A model generated the notes under the pieces. That model was given only the letters and a program-made list of their open reading frames with translations. It was not told where the DNA came from and ran no database searches. The translations under genes and the position numbers were made by a program. This document shows, one piece after another, positions 9,724 through 19,435 of a stretch of DNA of 64,000 bases. The stretch is from NCBI GenBank assembly GCA_048939995.1, contig JBHLOY010000003.1, forward strand, positions 224,001-288,000, given 5' to 3'. The DNA comes from Promethearchaeota archaeon (GTDB lineage: Archaea; Asgardarchaeota; Lokiarchaeia; Sigyniarchaeales; SOKP01). Numbering within the stretch: the stretch's first letter is position 1; each line of letters starts with the position of its first letter.

Positions 9724-10113
9724 TTACACTAATGGGTATCTCTTTGAGATTTCACTTGCATAATACCGAAATACTGATACAATCTTACCTAAATCTTCCA
9801 CTTTTCGGCTTGCCCCCATAAGGAAAAATCTACCAGCTGCACTAAGTATTATAAATGCATCTTCTCCTCGTAATACTACTTCTAATAAATCAGTATATCC
9901 AAGGGAATCAATTGCATCTTGACCACTTTGCATTACAACCGCACTTAAACTTGAAAATAGATCAGGATCCACCTCATAATCTGGTATACATGAGAAAGCG
10001 AGTCTCAAACCATCACGAGTAACAAGGGCAAGAGCTTCCAATTCTGTATATTCTGTTATGCTTCCGAGAAATTTGGATAAGCTATGAGCTTCATCTGGGG
10101 TTAAATCACTCAT
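9724..10113 (-). CDS. Roadblock/LC7 domain protein
   Basis: 129 aa; ALALVTRDGL..., FSSLSAVV, LLEVVLRGEDAFIIL pattern. Confidence 0.85.
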   Translation of the reverse strand: MSDLTPDEAHSLSKFLGSITEYTELEALALVTRDGLRLAFSCIPDYEVDPDLFSSLSAVVMQSGQDAIDSLGYTDLLEVVLRGEDAFIILSAAGRFFLMGASRKVEDLGKIVSVFRYYASEISKRYPLV

Positions 10114-10256
10114 ACAAATATATCTGGTTATTTTTTTGAATTTGATATTTTTAATTAATTAATAATTAATAAAAAGTTCAGACTTAAAAATTTATATTTC
10201 TGATTCTAATTTCAATTGAAGTATCAATTTAGTAAAAGAGAGAGATAAAAATGAAT

Positions 10257-11105
10257 TTATTTCTTTGTCTCTAATTGAGATTTAATTTGATCTTTTAATA
10301 TTTCTTTTTTAGACTTATATTCAACTGATGATCCTTCTTTTCCTTCTTGTCTCTTTAGAAATTCAATTGCAAGAATCTTACCATTTTCTGATAATATGCG
10401 TGGTGAATAATTTTCTGCAAAGAAGATTCCTTCAGGTACAGTGCCAACTTTAGAAATTTCTTTTGTTACTTCTTTTTTACCTAAAAAATTTTGAACTTTT
10501 TCGACCACTGAATAAGCGTGATTTCCAATAATTATCAATTCTCTTTCAAAACCATCTGGAATTTTGATTTCTTCTAACTTTTGCATGATCTGTTCGAAAT
10601 TCACATGAGTTTCATCTTGCATTAGTGTTGTAAAAGACTCTTGTCCTGTGTATAATGGGCCTGTATTCTGAATGGCACGATCTCGACTTCCTGCGATGTT
10701 CATACCTTCTGCTGGTTTGGGAGCTCCAAAAGGATCTTTTTCTCTTAAGGGATGAACTGCGGTTGCCGTTCTAGATGCGGGAGATTCATCTACTTTTATC
10801 TCTTTTGCAATACCTCCTTCTGTTTTACCTCCTATTAATTTTAAAAATTCCGATTCCTCTTCACCTTCATCTTGAGGCACGACGGCATAATGCATTCCAA
10901 CCTGACCACGAATTTCTTGGCTTCTTTTCGCTCCAATAAATTTCGCTCTCACGTTGCTTTCTATTCCTTTCCATAAGTAGACTTTCCTAAATTCATCTGA
11001 TACAAGAACGTAACATTCATCAGTTTTCAAAATTTCTTTAATCGAACCATCTGTTGTTATTTCGGTTGTAGTTCCATCCATATTAATTTTGAAGACTTGT
11101 GTCAT
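10257..11105 (-). CDS. Single gelsolin-domain protein with C-terminal extension (Asgard 1DGelX-like)
   Basis: LKTDECYVL...VYLWKG..SN...KFIG...DEGEEESEFLKL gelsolin signature. Confidence 0.85.
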   Translation of the reverse strand: MTQVFKINMDGTTTEITTDGSIKEILKTDECYVLVSDEFRKVYLWKGIESNVRAKFIGAKRSQEIRGQVGMHYAVVPQDEGEEESEFLKLIGGKTEGGIAKEIKVDESPASRTATAVHPLREKDPFGAPKPAEGMNIAGSRDRAIQNTGPLYTGQESFTTLMQDETHVNFEQIMQKLEEIKIPDGFERELIIIGNHAYSVVEKVQNFLGKKEVTKEISKVGTVPEGIFFAENYSPRILSENGKILAIEFLKRQEGKEGSSVEYKSKKEILKDQIKSQLETKK

Positions 11106-11262
11106 TTTTTTTCCTCAACCGAGAATTCTCTATATAAAAACAAAGATAATTTTTTACTAATATAATAGGTAAAGAATTAATAAATTTTTATCTTCGGATA
11201 ATATTTTGTGTAAAATTCTAACGATTACATATAATTCCTTCATTTTTTGATCCCCAAAAGAG

Positions 11263-12828
11263 TTAATATTTTTGGAGTGATAATAATGCAAGGTCGATAT
11301 TTTTAATCATATCCATAGCGTTAAAACGTTGTCCTATATTTTGTTTACAATATTCACCCAAATATCCATTGAAAAATGCCGCTGAGCAAGCAGAATCAAA
11401 AACTTTATTATTTGTTGCTAAAAAGCATCCACAAAGCCCTGCTAAGACGTCTCCAGTCCCTCCAATAGACATTTCTGGACAACCAGTTCGATTTATTTTC
11501 AGTTTAACTCCATTAGTAATATAATCATATGGACCTTTAACTAAGAGTGTAATTTTAAATTTTTGTGCAAAATCGAATATAATTTTTCCCCTTTCTTCAA
11601 TATGATTATAAGATGGTAAATCGACATCAGTCATGATTTTAAATTCTCCAGCATGAGGAGTTAAGATTACATTTTGGCTTTTTATCAAATTCAAATGATT
11701 CTTAATTAACTTTAAAGCATCAGCATCAAGAACATAAGGTTTAGAGTTTTTCTTTAAATAATTCAGAATCTCTACTAAAAAATTTTCAGTATCTTTTTCT
11801 ACTCCTAACCCTGGACCTATTATTAATGAATTTGACCAGTCTAATAAGGGCTTTAACTCTTCAAATGCAGCGTCTGTTAACCAATCCCCGGGAGTTTGCC
11901 TCACTATGAGATTTGGAGAATAATTTCTAATAACATTCCCAATAATCTCTGGGACATAAGTTATTACTAAATCACAACCAAAATTAATACAAGTAAGAGA
12001 TGAATATGCAGGAGCTCCAGAATAATTTTTTGACCCTCCAATTACTAACAATCTCCCAAATTGCCCCTTATGATAATCTGTCTCTCTTATCTTTAATGTT
12101 GGAAGTAAATCTCCCCGACCAACAAACAAAGCAGCTTCTTGAGGAACTCCTATTGATCGAACTATTAATTCATTTATATACTCGGTTTTGGGGTGTAAAC
12201 CAACCTTAATTTTATGAAAAGTAATTACTAAATCTGCTTTTATCGCCTTATCCAAAACCTCACCCGTATTTGGATTTAATCCACTAGGCACGTCAATTGA
12301 AATTACCTTAATATTAAGTTGACTTCTAACTTCATTGATAAAATCTATTGCGGTAGCAGTCGGTTCTCTAACTCTCCCTTTTATTCCAGTGCCTAATAAT
12401 GCATCAACAATTAACTTAATATTTTTATCTTGTTCTATTAATAGTCCTATTTTACCAATATCAGTCGAATCTTTTATAATTTTTATTGTTATTGAAATTT
12501 CTAAGTTATACCTTATAATCTCCCAATTTAATTTTGCTTCTTCAGTGGAAATCTTTTCAGGATTACCTACTAAAACTACAATACTTTTTACTCCAAATGA
12601 ATTTAAATGACGAGCGACAACAAAACCATCGCCCCCATTATTTCCAGTTCCACAAAAGATTAAAACCTTAGAATATGAATCCAAATTATATTTATTGATA
12701 ATTTCTGTTGCGAATGAATACCCTGCACATTCCATTAAATGACTTTTGGGAATGCCTAACCACTCAGAGTTATTATCTAAAATATCCATCTCTTCAGATG
12801 TAATCCTTTCAGAATTATATCCCTCCAT
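11263..12828 (-). CDS. nnr: Bifunctional NAD(P)H-hydrate epimerase/dehydratase
   Basis: LMECAG, CGTGNNGGDG, DALLGTG, IDVPSG, HKGQFG, GPGLG, DADAL, TPHAGE, GTGDVLAG. Confidence 0.95.
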   Translation of the reverse strand: MEGYNSERITSEEMDILDNNSEWLGIPKSHLMECAGYSFATEIINKYNLDSYSKVLIFCGTGNNGGDGFVVARHLNSFGVKSIVVLVGNPEKISTEEAKLNWEIIRYNLEISITIKIIKDSTDIGKIGLLIEQDKNIKLIVDALLGTGIKGRVREPTATAIDFINEVRSQLNIKVISIDVPSGLNPNTGEVLDKAIKADLVITFHKIKVGLHPKTEYINELIVRSIGVPQEAALFVGRGDLLPTLKIRETDYHKGQFGRLLVIGGSKNYSGAPAYSSLTCINFGCDLVITYVPEIIGNVIRNYSPNLIVRQTPGDWLTDAAFEELKPLLDWSNSLIIGPGLGVEKDTENFLVEILNYLKKNSKPYVLDADALKLIKNHLNLIKSQNVILTPHAGEFKIMTDVDLPSYNHIEERGKIIFDFAQKFKITLLVKGPYDYITNGVKLKINRTGCPEMSIGGTGDVLAGLCGCFLATNNKVFDSACSAAFFNGYLGEYCKQNIGQRFNAMDMIKNIDLALLSLQKY

Positions 12829-12946
12829 AACAATTACATTAAGTCATAGACATAAAAAAAGGATTATCTAAAATTTTTATTCAAAAAAATTTTAATAGAA
12901 ATAAGGAGAGAATTTAATCTAAAAATTAATTAATTTCTGAAAGAAA

Positions 12947-13402
12947 ATGAGTGATATTGATTTAGGAAAATATAAGATTACACAGTTAGGATATGTATAT
13001 AAAGATATTAAAAAGCAAGTAGATCTACTTGAATCAACTTTAGGGATTCCAAAATTCGCATATTTTGAAAATAAAGGTGTAAATTATAAATATCGAGGCA
13101 AGGATACGAAAATTTGGAACAAATTAGCTCTGAGTAAAGGTATTGGACTTCAAATTGAATTAATTCAAATGATAAAGGGTGAATGTATTTATAGTGAGTT
13201 CATTGATGCTGGGAAGGAAGGATTACACCATTATGCTATCTTTGTCGATGAATTAAAACCCATAAAAGAAAATCTTTTAAGAAAGGGATTTGAAATTGTG
13301 CATGAAGGAACAACTGGTTCAGTTAATACCGTGCATTTTGATACTACACATTCTTTAGGAGTATATCTTGAATTCCAAGAACCTCGTAAAAGGAAAAGAT
13401 AG
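12947..13402 (+). CDS. VOC family protein (methylmalonyl-CoA epimerase-like)
   Basis: ITQLGYVYKD, QIELIQ, GKEGLHHYA, GVYLEF. Confidence 0.85.
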   Translation: MSDIDLGKYKITQLGYVYKDIKKQVDLLESTLGIPKFAYFENKGVNYKYRGKDTKIWNKLALSKGIGLQIELIQMIKGECIYSEFIDAGKEGLHHYAIFVDELKPIKENLLRKGFEIVHEGTTGSVNTVHFDTTHSLGVYLEFQEPRKRKR

Positions 13403-13432
13403 TATCTTTATGATATATAACTCTTCAATAGA

Positions 13433-13538
13433 TGCCGGTGGAGGGATATGAGCCCTCGACCTCCAGAGTTCATCTTTCTGACCCAATTCTACAGATGGAT
13501 TATGAGTCTGGCGCTATAACCAACTAAGCCACACCGGC
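13433..13538 (-). tRNA. tRNA-Met(CAT), elongator type, with ~32-nt intron (about 13468-13499) and atypical T-loop
   Basis: Acceptor GCCGGTG/CACCGGC-A, anticodon stem CCAGA/TCTGG, anticodon CAT, T-stem GAGGG/CCCTC with loop CTCATAT. Confidence 0.8.
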
Positions 13539-13548
13539 ATAAGTATAA

Positions 13549-13651
13549 AGCCCCTGGGGGGATTTGAACCCCCGACCTTTGCCTTACCAAGGCTTAGCGT
13601 AGGATATAGAAATCACATCTTACAACGCTCTACCAGCTAAGCAACAGAGGC
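13549..13651 (-). tRNA. tRNA-Thr(GGT) with 30-nt intron at non-canonical position 28/29 (13594-13623)
   Basis: Acceptor GCCTCTG/CAGGGGC, T-loop TTCAAAT; the anticodon stem TTGCC/GGCAA forms only after removing 30 nt; BHB helix AGCG/CGCT. Confidence 0.9.
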
Positions 13652-13732
13652 TTTTTATTAATTAAAGTATTTGTTCATTAAAAATTTTTTTAATCATTAA
13701 AATAAATGAAAAAAAAAGAAGGATAATAAACT

Positions 13733-14398
13733 TTAGAGGAGACTAGTCAATAATGCTCCGAGAGTAATATAAAACTGAGCTAAAGTATAAGTAGTCATAA
13801 CAACGATTCGAATACCAGAAAATTTTTCTCCAAATGCTTCGATTGCCACAAATGAATCTGAGAATACAAAAAGAACTGAACCCATGTAGATAAATATAAA
13901 CGGTAATCCAGAATATTGTGCTAATCTAAAAATTGCAGCAAGATGCATAAGTAAAATAGCAGCCATATATACTAATACGGGGATTTTCATCTTTTCAGTC
14001 TTATTGATAAACTTTGGCACATTTATGATAATAATCAGAATAACTGGCCCAAGTAAAAACAAACCCCATAGAGGAAAGAGTGCGATATTGCTAATTGAAA
14101 GAAAGAATGAAATAATATAAAAAATTTGGTTTAAGAGAAACGATAACATCCCAAATAAAAACCACTTTTCTTGATTCTTGAGTCCTAGCAAAATATCACC
14201 TCCAAGGCCGAATATTAGAGCAACTACGATGAACCAATCGATTCGTCCAAATGGAGCTCCAAAAAGGTAAAAAAAGATAAGCATTGGCATTAAAAGTGCT
14301 TTAAAAATAATTGTTATTTTAAAGTTTTCTTTGATCTCCCCATAGAGTTCAATAATTACAACGATAAAGAAAAGAATAAGAAAGATATATTCCAACAT
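13733..14398 (-). CDS. YhhN family lysoplasmalogenase-like membrane protein
   Basis: FKALLMP, GLGGDILL, GMLSFLLNQIFY, LFVFSDS, TYTLAQ. Confidence 0.85.
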   Translation of the reverse strand: MLEYIFLILFFIVVIIELYGEIKENFKITIIFKALLMPMLIFFYLFGAPFGRIDWFIVVALIFGLGGDILLGLKNQEKWFLFGMLSFLLNQIFYIISFFLSISNIALFPLWGLFLLGPVILIIIINVPKFINKTEKMKIPVLVYMAAILLMHLAAIFRLAQYSGLPFIFIYMGSVLFVFSDSFVAIEAFGEKFSGIRIVVMTTYTLAQFYITLGALLTSLL

Positions 14399-14496
14399 TT
14401 TTTAATCAATTCTAGAAACTTATAATTAATTGAAGAATATATCTCAAAGATTTAAAGAATTATGGAATTATAGACAAAACTGAATAAGATAACGTT

Positions 14497-15408
14497 TTAC
14501 CTTTTCTTTTCAATTTTGTAAACTTTCGGGATTGATATATTAATTTTAGGAATATAGATTTTAGGTATTTTAATTTTTTGAATAGATTGAAGGGCGTTTT
14601 GATAATTTATAATTATTTCTTCTTGTCCTTTTAAGATATTTACTTCCTTATTTTCTATTTGATCCGTAACTGGTTCTTCTATTTTTAAATCTTTACTAAT
14701 TCCTTGAAGTTGAGTCTTCATTGGTTCTTCTATCGACTTGGGTGAAGATTCACCTATAATTTCTTTCTCTATAGACTCAAAATAATCTATTAGATTCAGT
14801 TTTTTTTTTTCAATAACAATTTTATAATTTCGCATAAGGTTTTCTGTAAAAGGGTATTTTTTAAGCTCATCTAAATCAAACACCCATCCAGAATGAGGAT
14901 CATATAGCAATCCAATGATTTTAATAAACGAAGGTAACTCCTCGGTTGATTTAAGCCTTTCAATTTGATTTGTTATATTCTTGATTTCATCTATGAAAGT
15001 CTTAAAAAAAATCTGAAGGCTTAATTCTACACTTGTTGCATATCGACTCACTTTCTTTAAAGCAGGTTTCGATAATTTTTCCAATAATTTAGATAAATGA
15101 ATTTTTGTCATTCCACAATCAAGATGGCCTAAAATAACAATAAATCTAATATTATATTCATAAATAGCTATCAGAAGAGATCGAAGAACATCTTCACTAT
15201 AGACATTCCCAGCGTTTCTCAAAATAAAAACATCTCCGGGTTCTAATTGAAAAATACGATGCACATCAATCCGGGGATCCATACAGGTAAGAATCAACAC
15301 TGGATATTTAAATTTTGAACGTGTAGTCACTTCTTCTGTTTCTTGTATGATCTTCCATAGATATTTATTATTTCCTTCTAATAGCTTTTGTCTAATGTCA
15401 TCAATCAT
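14497..15408 (-). CDS. Beta-class carbonic anhydrase with C-terminal extension
   Basis: TCMDPR, LRNAGN, GHLDCG zinc motifs. Confidence 0.9.
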   Translation of the reverse strand: MIDDIRQKLLEGNNKYLWKIIQETEEVTTRSKFKYPVLILTCMDPRIDVHRIFQLEPGDVFILRNAGNVYSEDVLRSLLIAIYEYNIRFIVILGHLDCGMTKIHLSKLLEKLSKPALKKVSRYATSVELSLQIFFKTFIDEIKNITNQIERLKSTEELPSFIKIIGLLYDPHSGWVFDLDELKKYPFTENLMRNYKIVIEKKKLNLIDYFESIEKEIIGESSPKSIEEPMKTQLQGISKDLKIEEPVTDQIENKEVNILKGQEEIIINYQNALQSIQKIKIPKIYIPKINISIPKVYKIEKKR

Positions 15409-15479
15409 TTTTCTTCAATTTTAAGATTCCTAATTTAAATTAATTTAATAAAGGTTAATAAAAAAAATTGAATTTATTA

Positions 15480-16649
15480 CTACTTTTTAACTAATAATTC
15501 TTTGATATTTGAAAGATTACCATTGCCAAGAAAGTTCTTTATTTTGTCTGAGTATTCAGGTAAAAGCTGTAAGAATGGTAAAATTGCTTTAGATAAACTA
15601 CTAAATGCTTCATCTCCATTTCCCATGATAAACATTTTCTCAGGACTTAGATTCTTGAAAATTTCAGGCAAAATATTTGTTAACTGAACAGCTAAGAATC
15701 TTTGATCCGCAGAACTCATTGCCTCAACCTGTTTTTCAAATCCTTCAGCTTGGGCTAACATCTGTTGCTTTATACTTTCAGCTTCACCTTCTGCTTGCGC
15801 AATTAGCCTCTTTTTAATTTGTGCAGCATCTGCTTCGGCTTCAATCACCTTCTTTTGACGGTCTCCATCGGCTTCAATCTTTTTACGTTCTCTCTCTTGT
15901 TCAGCTATTGCAATTTCTTTTTCCTTCCTCCTTATTTCAATATCTCTCTGAACCATTTGTTCTTGTGTTCCGACTTCGTTCTGAACTTCTAACTCTCTTA
16001 TCCTTGATTCTCTTTCAGCGTCTGCTTTAGCTATACGAGCTTTTCGATATTCTATAGCTTGTTTAGTTGCTTCCATGTTCCTCTTTAATTCTGGTTCTAA
16101 AATGTTAACTTCTCTAATTTCTATCGATTCAATTACAAGGCCCCAATCTGCAGTGAGTTCGTGTAATTCCTTACTGACATGTTCAATTATTTCACGGCGT
16201 TCTCTAATTATTTTTTCGAGAGGCATATTAGCACAAGTAGTTCTGATTATCGCTTCTGCTGCATTTTTTAATATTTTTTCTACGTAATGATCATCTCGAG
16301 AAATCCATGATACTGCACTAAAAGCTTTTTCTGGATCGATAACTTTCCAAATTAGCATTCCTACAATAGAGATGTTTTGATATTCCATGGATACTACTTG
16401 TTCATGAGCTTCTAGAATAGTTTGGATGCTCGTAGTAGGAATTACGATATATTCGTCAATTAGTGGTAATAGCCAGATTCTTCCGCCTAATCCTGCGGAC
16501 TTTACTTTACCGTTTCTTAAATGAATGACAAATTGGTTTGTTTTGAACTTTCTATACCTTGTAGCCATGAATATGATAAATAAAACAGCAATTATCACAA
16601 CAGTAACGATGATGCCGATTATCATTCCATTAATCTCTTGAAATAGCAT
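15480..16649 (-). CDS. SPFH/flotillin family protein
   Basis: N-terminal TM helix, band-7 domain, AEA-rich flotillin coiled coil. Confidence 0.9.
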   Translation of the reverse strand: MLFQEINGMIIGIIVTVVIIAVLFIIFMATRYRKFKTNQFVIHLRNGKVKSAGLGGRIWLLPLIDEYIVIPTTSIQTILEAHEQVVSMEYQNISIVGMLIWKVIDPEKAFSAVSWISRDDHYVEKILKNAAEAIIRTTCANMPLEKIIRERREIIEHVSKELHELTADWGLVIESIEIREVNILEPELKRNMEATKQAIEYRKARIAKADAERESRIRELEVQNEVGTQEQMVQRDIEIRRKEKEIAIAEQERERKKIEADGDRQKKVIEAEADAAQIKKRLIAQAEGEAESIKQQMLAQAEGFEKQVEAMSSADQRFLAVQLTNILPEIFKNLSPEKMFIMGNGDEAFSSLSKAILPFLQLLPEYSDKIKNFLGNGNLSNIKELLVKK

Positions 16650-16700
16650 TTCTTTTCACTTCCTCCTTACTTTTTTATTTTTATATTTTTGTATATATTC

Positions 16701-16750
16701 TTAATTTTTTATTTAGATTTTTAATTTTTTATTTAGATTTTTAATTTTTT
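16701..16750. repeat. 20-bp tandem repeat x2.5 (TTAATTTTTTATTTAGATTT)
   Basis: Read directly; overlaps the stop codon of the NfeD-like gene. Confidence 0.85.
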
Positions 16751-17535
16751 TTAAAATCCTTAGATCTTCTATCCACTAGAAGTATTTCATTCCTTACACC
16801 AACTATATAGACCTTTTCTTCTCTATCAAAAACGTCTCCTTGCCTGAAAGGCATAACATTTACTTTTTCATATTTCATAGGAGTATTAGAGGGAATTTTA
16901 ATTACACCACCATTATCATCGACCTTTAAAACCACTTCTCCCTCTCTGCCGAGCAAATTTCGAGTTGAAGCTATAGTGTAGTGCGAAGAAATAGCAATTT
17001 TCTTCCAGAGAATTGAAATAATTTTTATAGAAATAATACTTGCGACAGGAGCTATTACAAACATTAGAAACTTAAGAAAAACTCCTATGATGTAATATGA
17101 TGTTATCCCTGAAATCCCAAAAACTAATAACCCAGCTGATAATAAAAGCATAAATGGTGCTGGAGTACCGGAGTCTTGAATATGATCTGCATAATCATGA
17201 TCTATCTGATCAGTATGGTCGACATGATCGAAATGATCTACGTGATCGATATGGTCTGCTTGGTCAATATGGTCAAAATGATCTAAGTGATCGATGTGGT
17301 CTACTTGGTCAATATGGTCAAGATGATCTAAGTGATCGATGTGGTCTACTTGGTCAATATGGTCAAGATGATCTAGGTGATCGATGTGGTCTACATGGTC
17401 AATATGGTCGATTTGATCTGTAGCTTGAAGATCATGGGTCGACATTTCAGCAAGAATTAATGAAATAATAGACATAATAATTCCGCCAATGAATAATCCA
17501 AGGCATATATTAAAAAAAATATCATATAAATCCAT
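16741..17535 (-). CDS. NfeD-like (YqiJ/YuaF-type) flotillin partner with His-Asp repeat loop
   Basis: TM, D[HQ]x x25, two TM helices, C-terminal OB-like domain (LLGREGEVV...GVIKI...V.IVGV...LLV); directly upstream of the SPFH gene. Confidence 0.8.
   Translation of the reverse strand: MDLYDIFFNICLGLFIGGIIMSIISLILAEMSTHDLQATDQIDHIDHVDHIDHLDHLDHIDQVDHIDHLDHLDHIDQVDHIDHLDHFDHIDQADHIDHVDHFDHVDHTDQIDHDYADHIQDSGTPAPFMLLLSAGLLVFGISGITSYYIIGVFLKFLMFVIAPVASIISIKIISILWKKIAISSHYTIASTRNLLGREGEVVLKVDDNGGVIKIPSNTPMKYEKVNVMPFRQGDVFDREEKVYIVGVRNEILLVDRRSKDFKKN
17194..17418 (-). repeat. Coding 9-bp (D[HQ]x) repeat with 45-bp super-period
   Basis: 25 consecutive D-H/Q-x triplets; the unit DHIDHLDHLDHIDQV recurs. 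Confidence 0.9.
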
Positions 17536-17562
17536 TCGTTCTGAACCTCTAGTTTGATCAAA

Positions 17563-17763
17563 TTATAATATTATTAAAATTGAGATTATGAGTATAGTTA
17601 TTACAATTAAAGCGGTGTTAATTAAGATTACACGAAGTAAATTTGGTTTTTTGTGAAATTTCTTTCGAAATTTCTTCGAATTTATAACTATTCCATGAAA
17701 ATAAATCGATTTAGAATTATTCTCGTCCAAAACTCTTTCTGTCATGGTCACTTTCCTTATCAC
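17563..17763 (-). CDS. Small protein with C-terminal TM anchor
   Basis: 66-aa ORF with hydrophobic C-terminus, co-directional with the operon. Confidence 0.55.
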   Translation of the reverse strand: MIRKVTMTERVLDENNSKSIYFHGIVINSKKFRKKFHKKPNLLRVILINTALIVITILIISILIIL

Positions 17764-17770
17764 CTCTTTT

Positions 17771-17914
17771 TTAATTTATAATAATTGATAACCTAATAGG
17801 AGTAGGGGTAGCAGTATTTGAATCAATATCTACCCCCACATCCATATCTAAATCGGTGTCTATGGCATCAAAACCGAATCTCGCCCGTGTAAGAAAAAAT
17901 AACTCATTATTCAT
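17771..17914 (-). pseudogene. 47-codon ORF, probable fragment of a second NfeD-like paralog
   Basis: MNNELFFLTRARFGFDAIDTDLDMDVGVDIDSNTATPTPIRL; a DxDxD run then TPTP mirrors ...DSGTPAPF in 16741..17535. Confidence 0.45.
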
Positions 17915-17933
17915 TTTCTTAAATTCACTTTAA

Positions 17934-18323
17934 TTAACTTTCTGATAACGAACTTCCACAATTGTGACAGTAATTTGCTTCCCTGTCTATTTTCACTCCG
18001 CAATATTGACAATACTGTGCTTGAATATCTATATCAGAATCTTCTTTTACTTCGATCGGCTTTATATTTGAATTTTGTACAACATAAGGATTTTTCCAAG
18101 AAGATTGACAATTATAATTATTACGATAATACGATTTATTCCGATTCTTAGAATTTTCAATGCTTACTGCAGCAATGATGATGATAATGATGAACACAAA
18201 AATTCCTGGCAATAGAGGGAAAATAAAATAACCTAGAGAGGAACGTAAGCTGAAAAATAATCCAAATATTACGAAGCCAATCATACATAAACCTATACTT
18301 ACAACTGAATTCTTTTGATGCAT
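17934..18323 (-). CDS. Two-TM protein with C-terminal double zinc ribbon
   Basis: YCQYCG...YCHNCG. Confidence 0.8.
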   Translation of the reverse strand: MHQKNSVVSIGLCMIGFVIFGLFFSLRSSLGYFIFPLLPGIFVFIIIIIIAAVSIENSKNRNKSYYRNNYNCQSSWKNPYVVQNSNIKPIEVKEDSDIDIQAQYCQYCGVKIDREANYCHNCGSSLSES

Positions 18324-18663
18324 TTTTCTTTAACTTTTATTTCAACTATATATACTAATATATTTCTCAATATATAGTTATGCAAACTCCCTATTTAAAA
18401 GTTTCGTTAAAACTATTTAGTTTAAAAAGAATCTGTTCTATAGCTCTATAATGCAATATATAGAATATATATCTCAATATAGACATTTATATACAAAATT
18501 GATAAAAATATCAAATATAAAGATATATATTTATAAGCTAACTTTTCTCAAGGTTTTCTATTAATTTTTTATTATACTAACTTTTATTAATATAAAAAAA
18601 TATATATTTGAAAAAGAATTATTTTCTTATATACAAGATTTAAGAATAAAGTTGGTGATTTAT

Positions 18664-19386
18664 ATGGCTGAAAAAGAAGGTGAAAAAAGCGAAGAAGCAA
18701 AAGGTAACCCTATTTATGTCAAAGTTTCTGATGAAACCCGAGCAAAAATTGATAAATTTAAAGAAGAGGGAAAAACCATATCAAGCATAATCGCAGAAGC
18801 TATAGATATATATGATACATACTCTTCATTGGCTCCTGATATAAAAAGTGTATTAAATAAATATCATCAAGATTTTGGAACAGATTTAGCTATTATCGAC
18901 GAAGCTTTAAAACTTTTTGATAAACAAAAAGATCCTGAAAAAGCAGATGATATTGACTTATGGTGTCGAGCTCGAGATGAATTGAAAATGATGTTAATAG
19001 GAAAAACTACATTTATTCAACTTCTAGCAGCTGCAGAAGCACCTGAGGAGAGTTTAGACCGCCCAATAAAGAAAAATATTGCATTAGATGTCATAGTATG
19101 GTATACTGGAAAACCTGCAAAAAGTTTAACCTTAGAAGAAATTATATACGCAATTCAGAAAATGTGGAATGTAGCAAATTATTTCTATTTTATAGATGTT
19201 AAAGAGACAGATGATGAATATTATATTATTTTTAAACATCATCAAAATCGGAGATATAGCAATTATTGGATGCGATATTTTCAAGAATTATTCTCCTCTT
19301 CCGATTTGCAATTTAAAGTATTAGTAGAAGGAGAAATTTTAGACGAAACGCTTTCTTTGACAATTAAAAAAGCCTACAAGAAATAA
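18664..19386 (+). CDS. Putative ribbon-helix-helix regulator with C-terminal sensor-like (V4R-like?) domain
   Basis: PIYVKVSDETRAKIDKF...TISSIIAEAIDIY fits the RHH pattern; ATG 18664 after GGTGA. Confidence 0.55.
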   Translation: MAEKEGEKSEEAKGNPIYVKVSDETRAKIDKFKEEGKTISSIIAEAIDIYDTYSSLAPDIKSVLNKYHQDFGTDLAIIDEALKLFDKQKDPEKADDIDLWCRARDELKMMLIGKTTFIQLLAAAEAPEESLDRPIKKNIALDVIVWYTGKPAKSLTLEEIIYAIQKMWNVANYFYFIDVKETDDEYYIIFKHHQNRRYSNYWMRYFQELFSSSDLQFKVLVEGEILDETLSLTIKKAYKK

Positions 19387-19435
19387 TCTCTCTTTTTACT
19401 AAAAAAAAGGAAAAAAAAATCGTTAAAATTTGGTT

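Noticed and set aside
17154-17423. CRISPR-like periodicity and the + strand 89-aa repeat ORF
   Set aside because: No unique spacers; it is the coding D[HQ]x repeat of the minus-strand gene, and the + ORF is its antisense shadow
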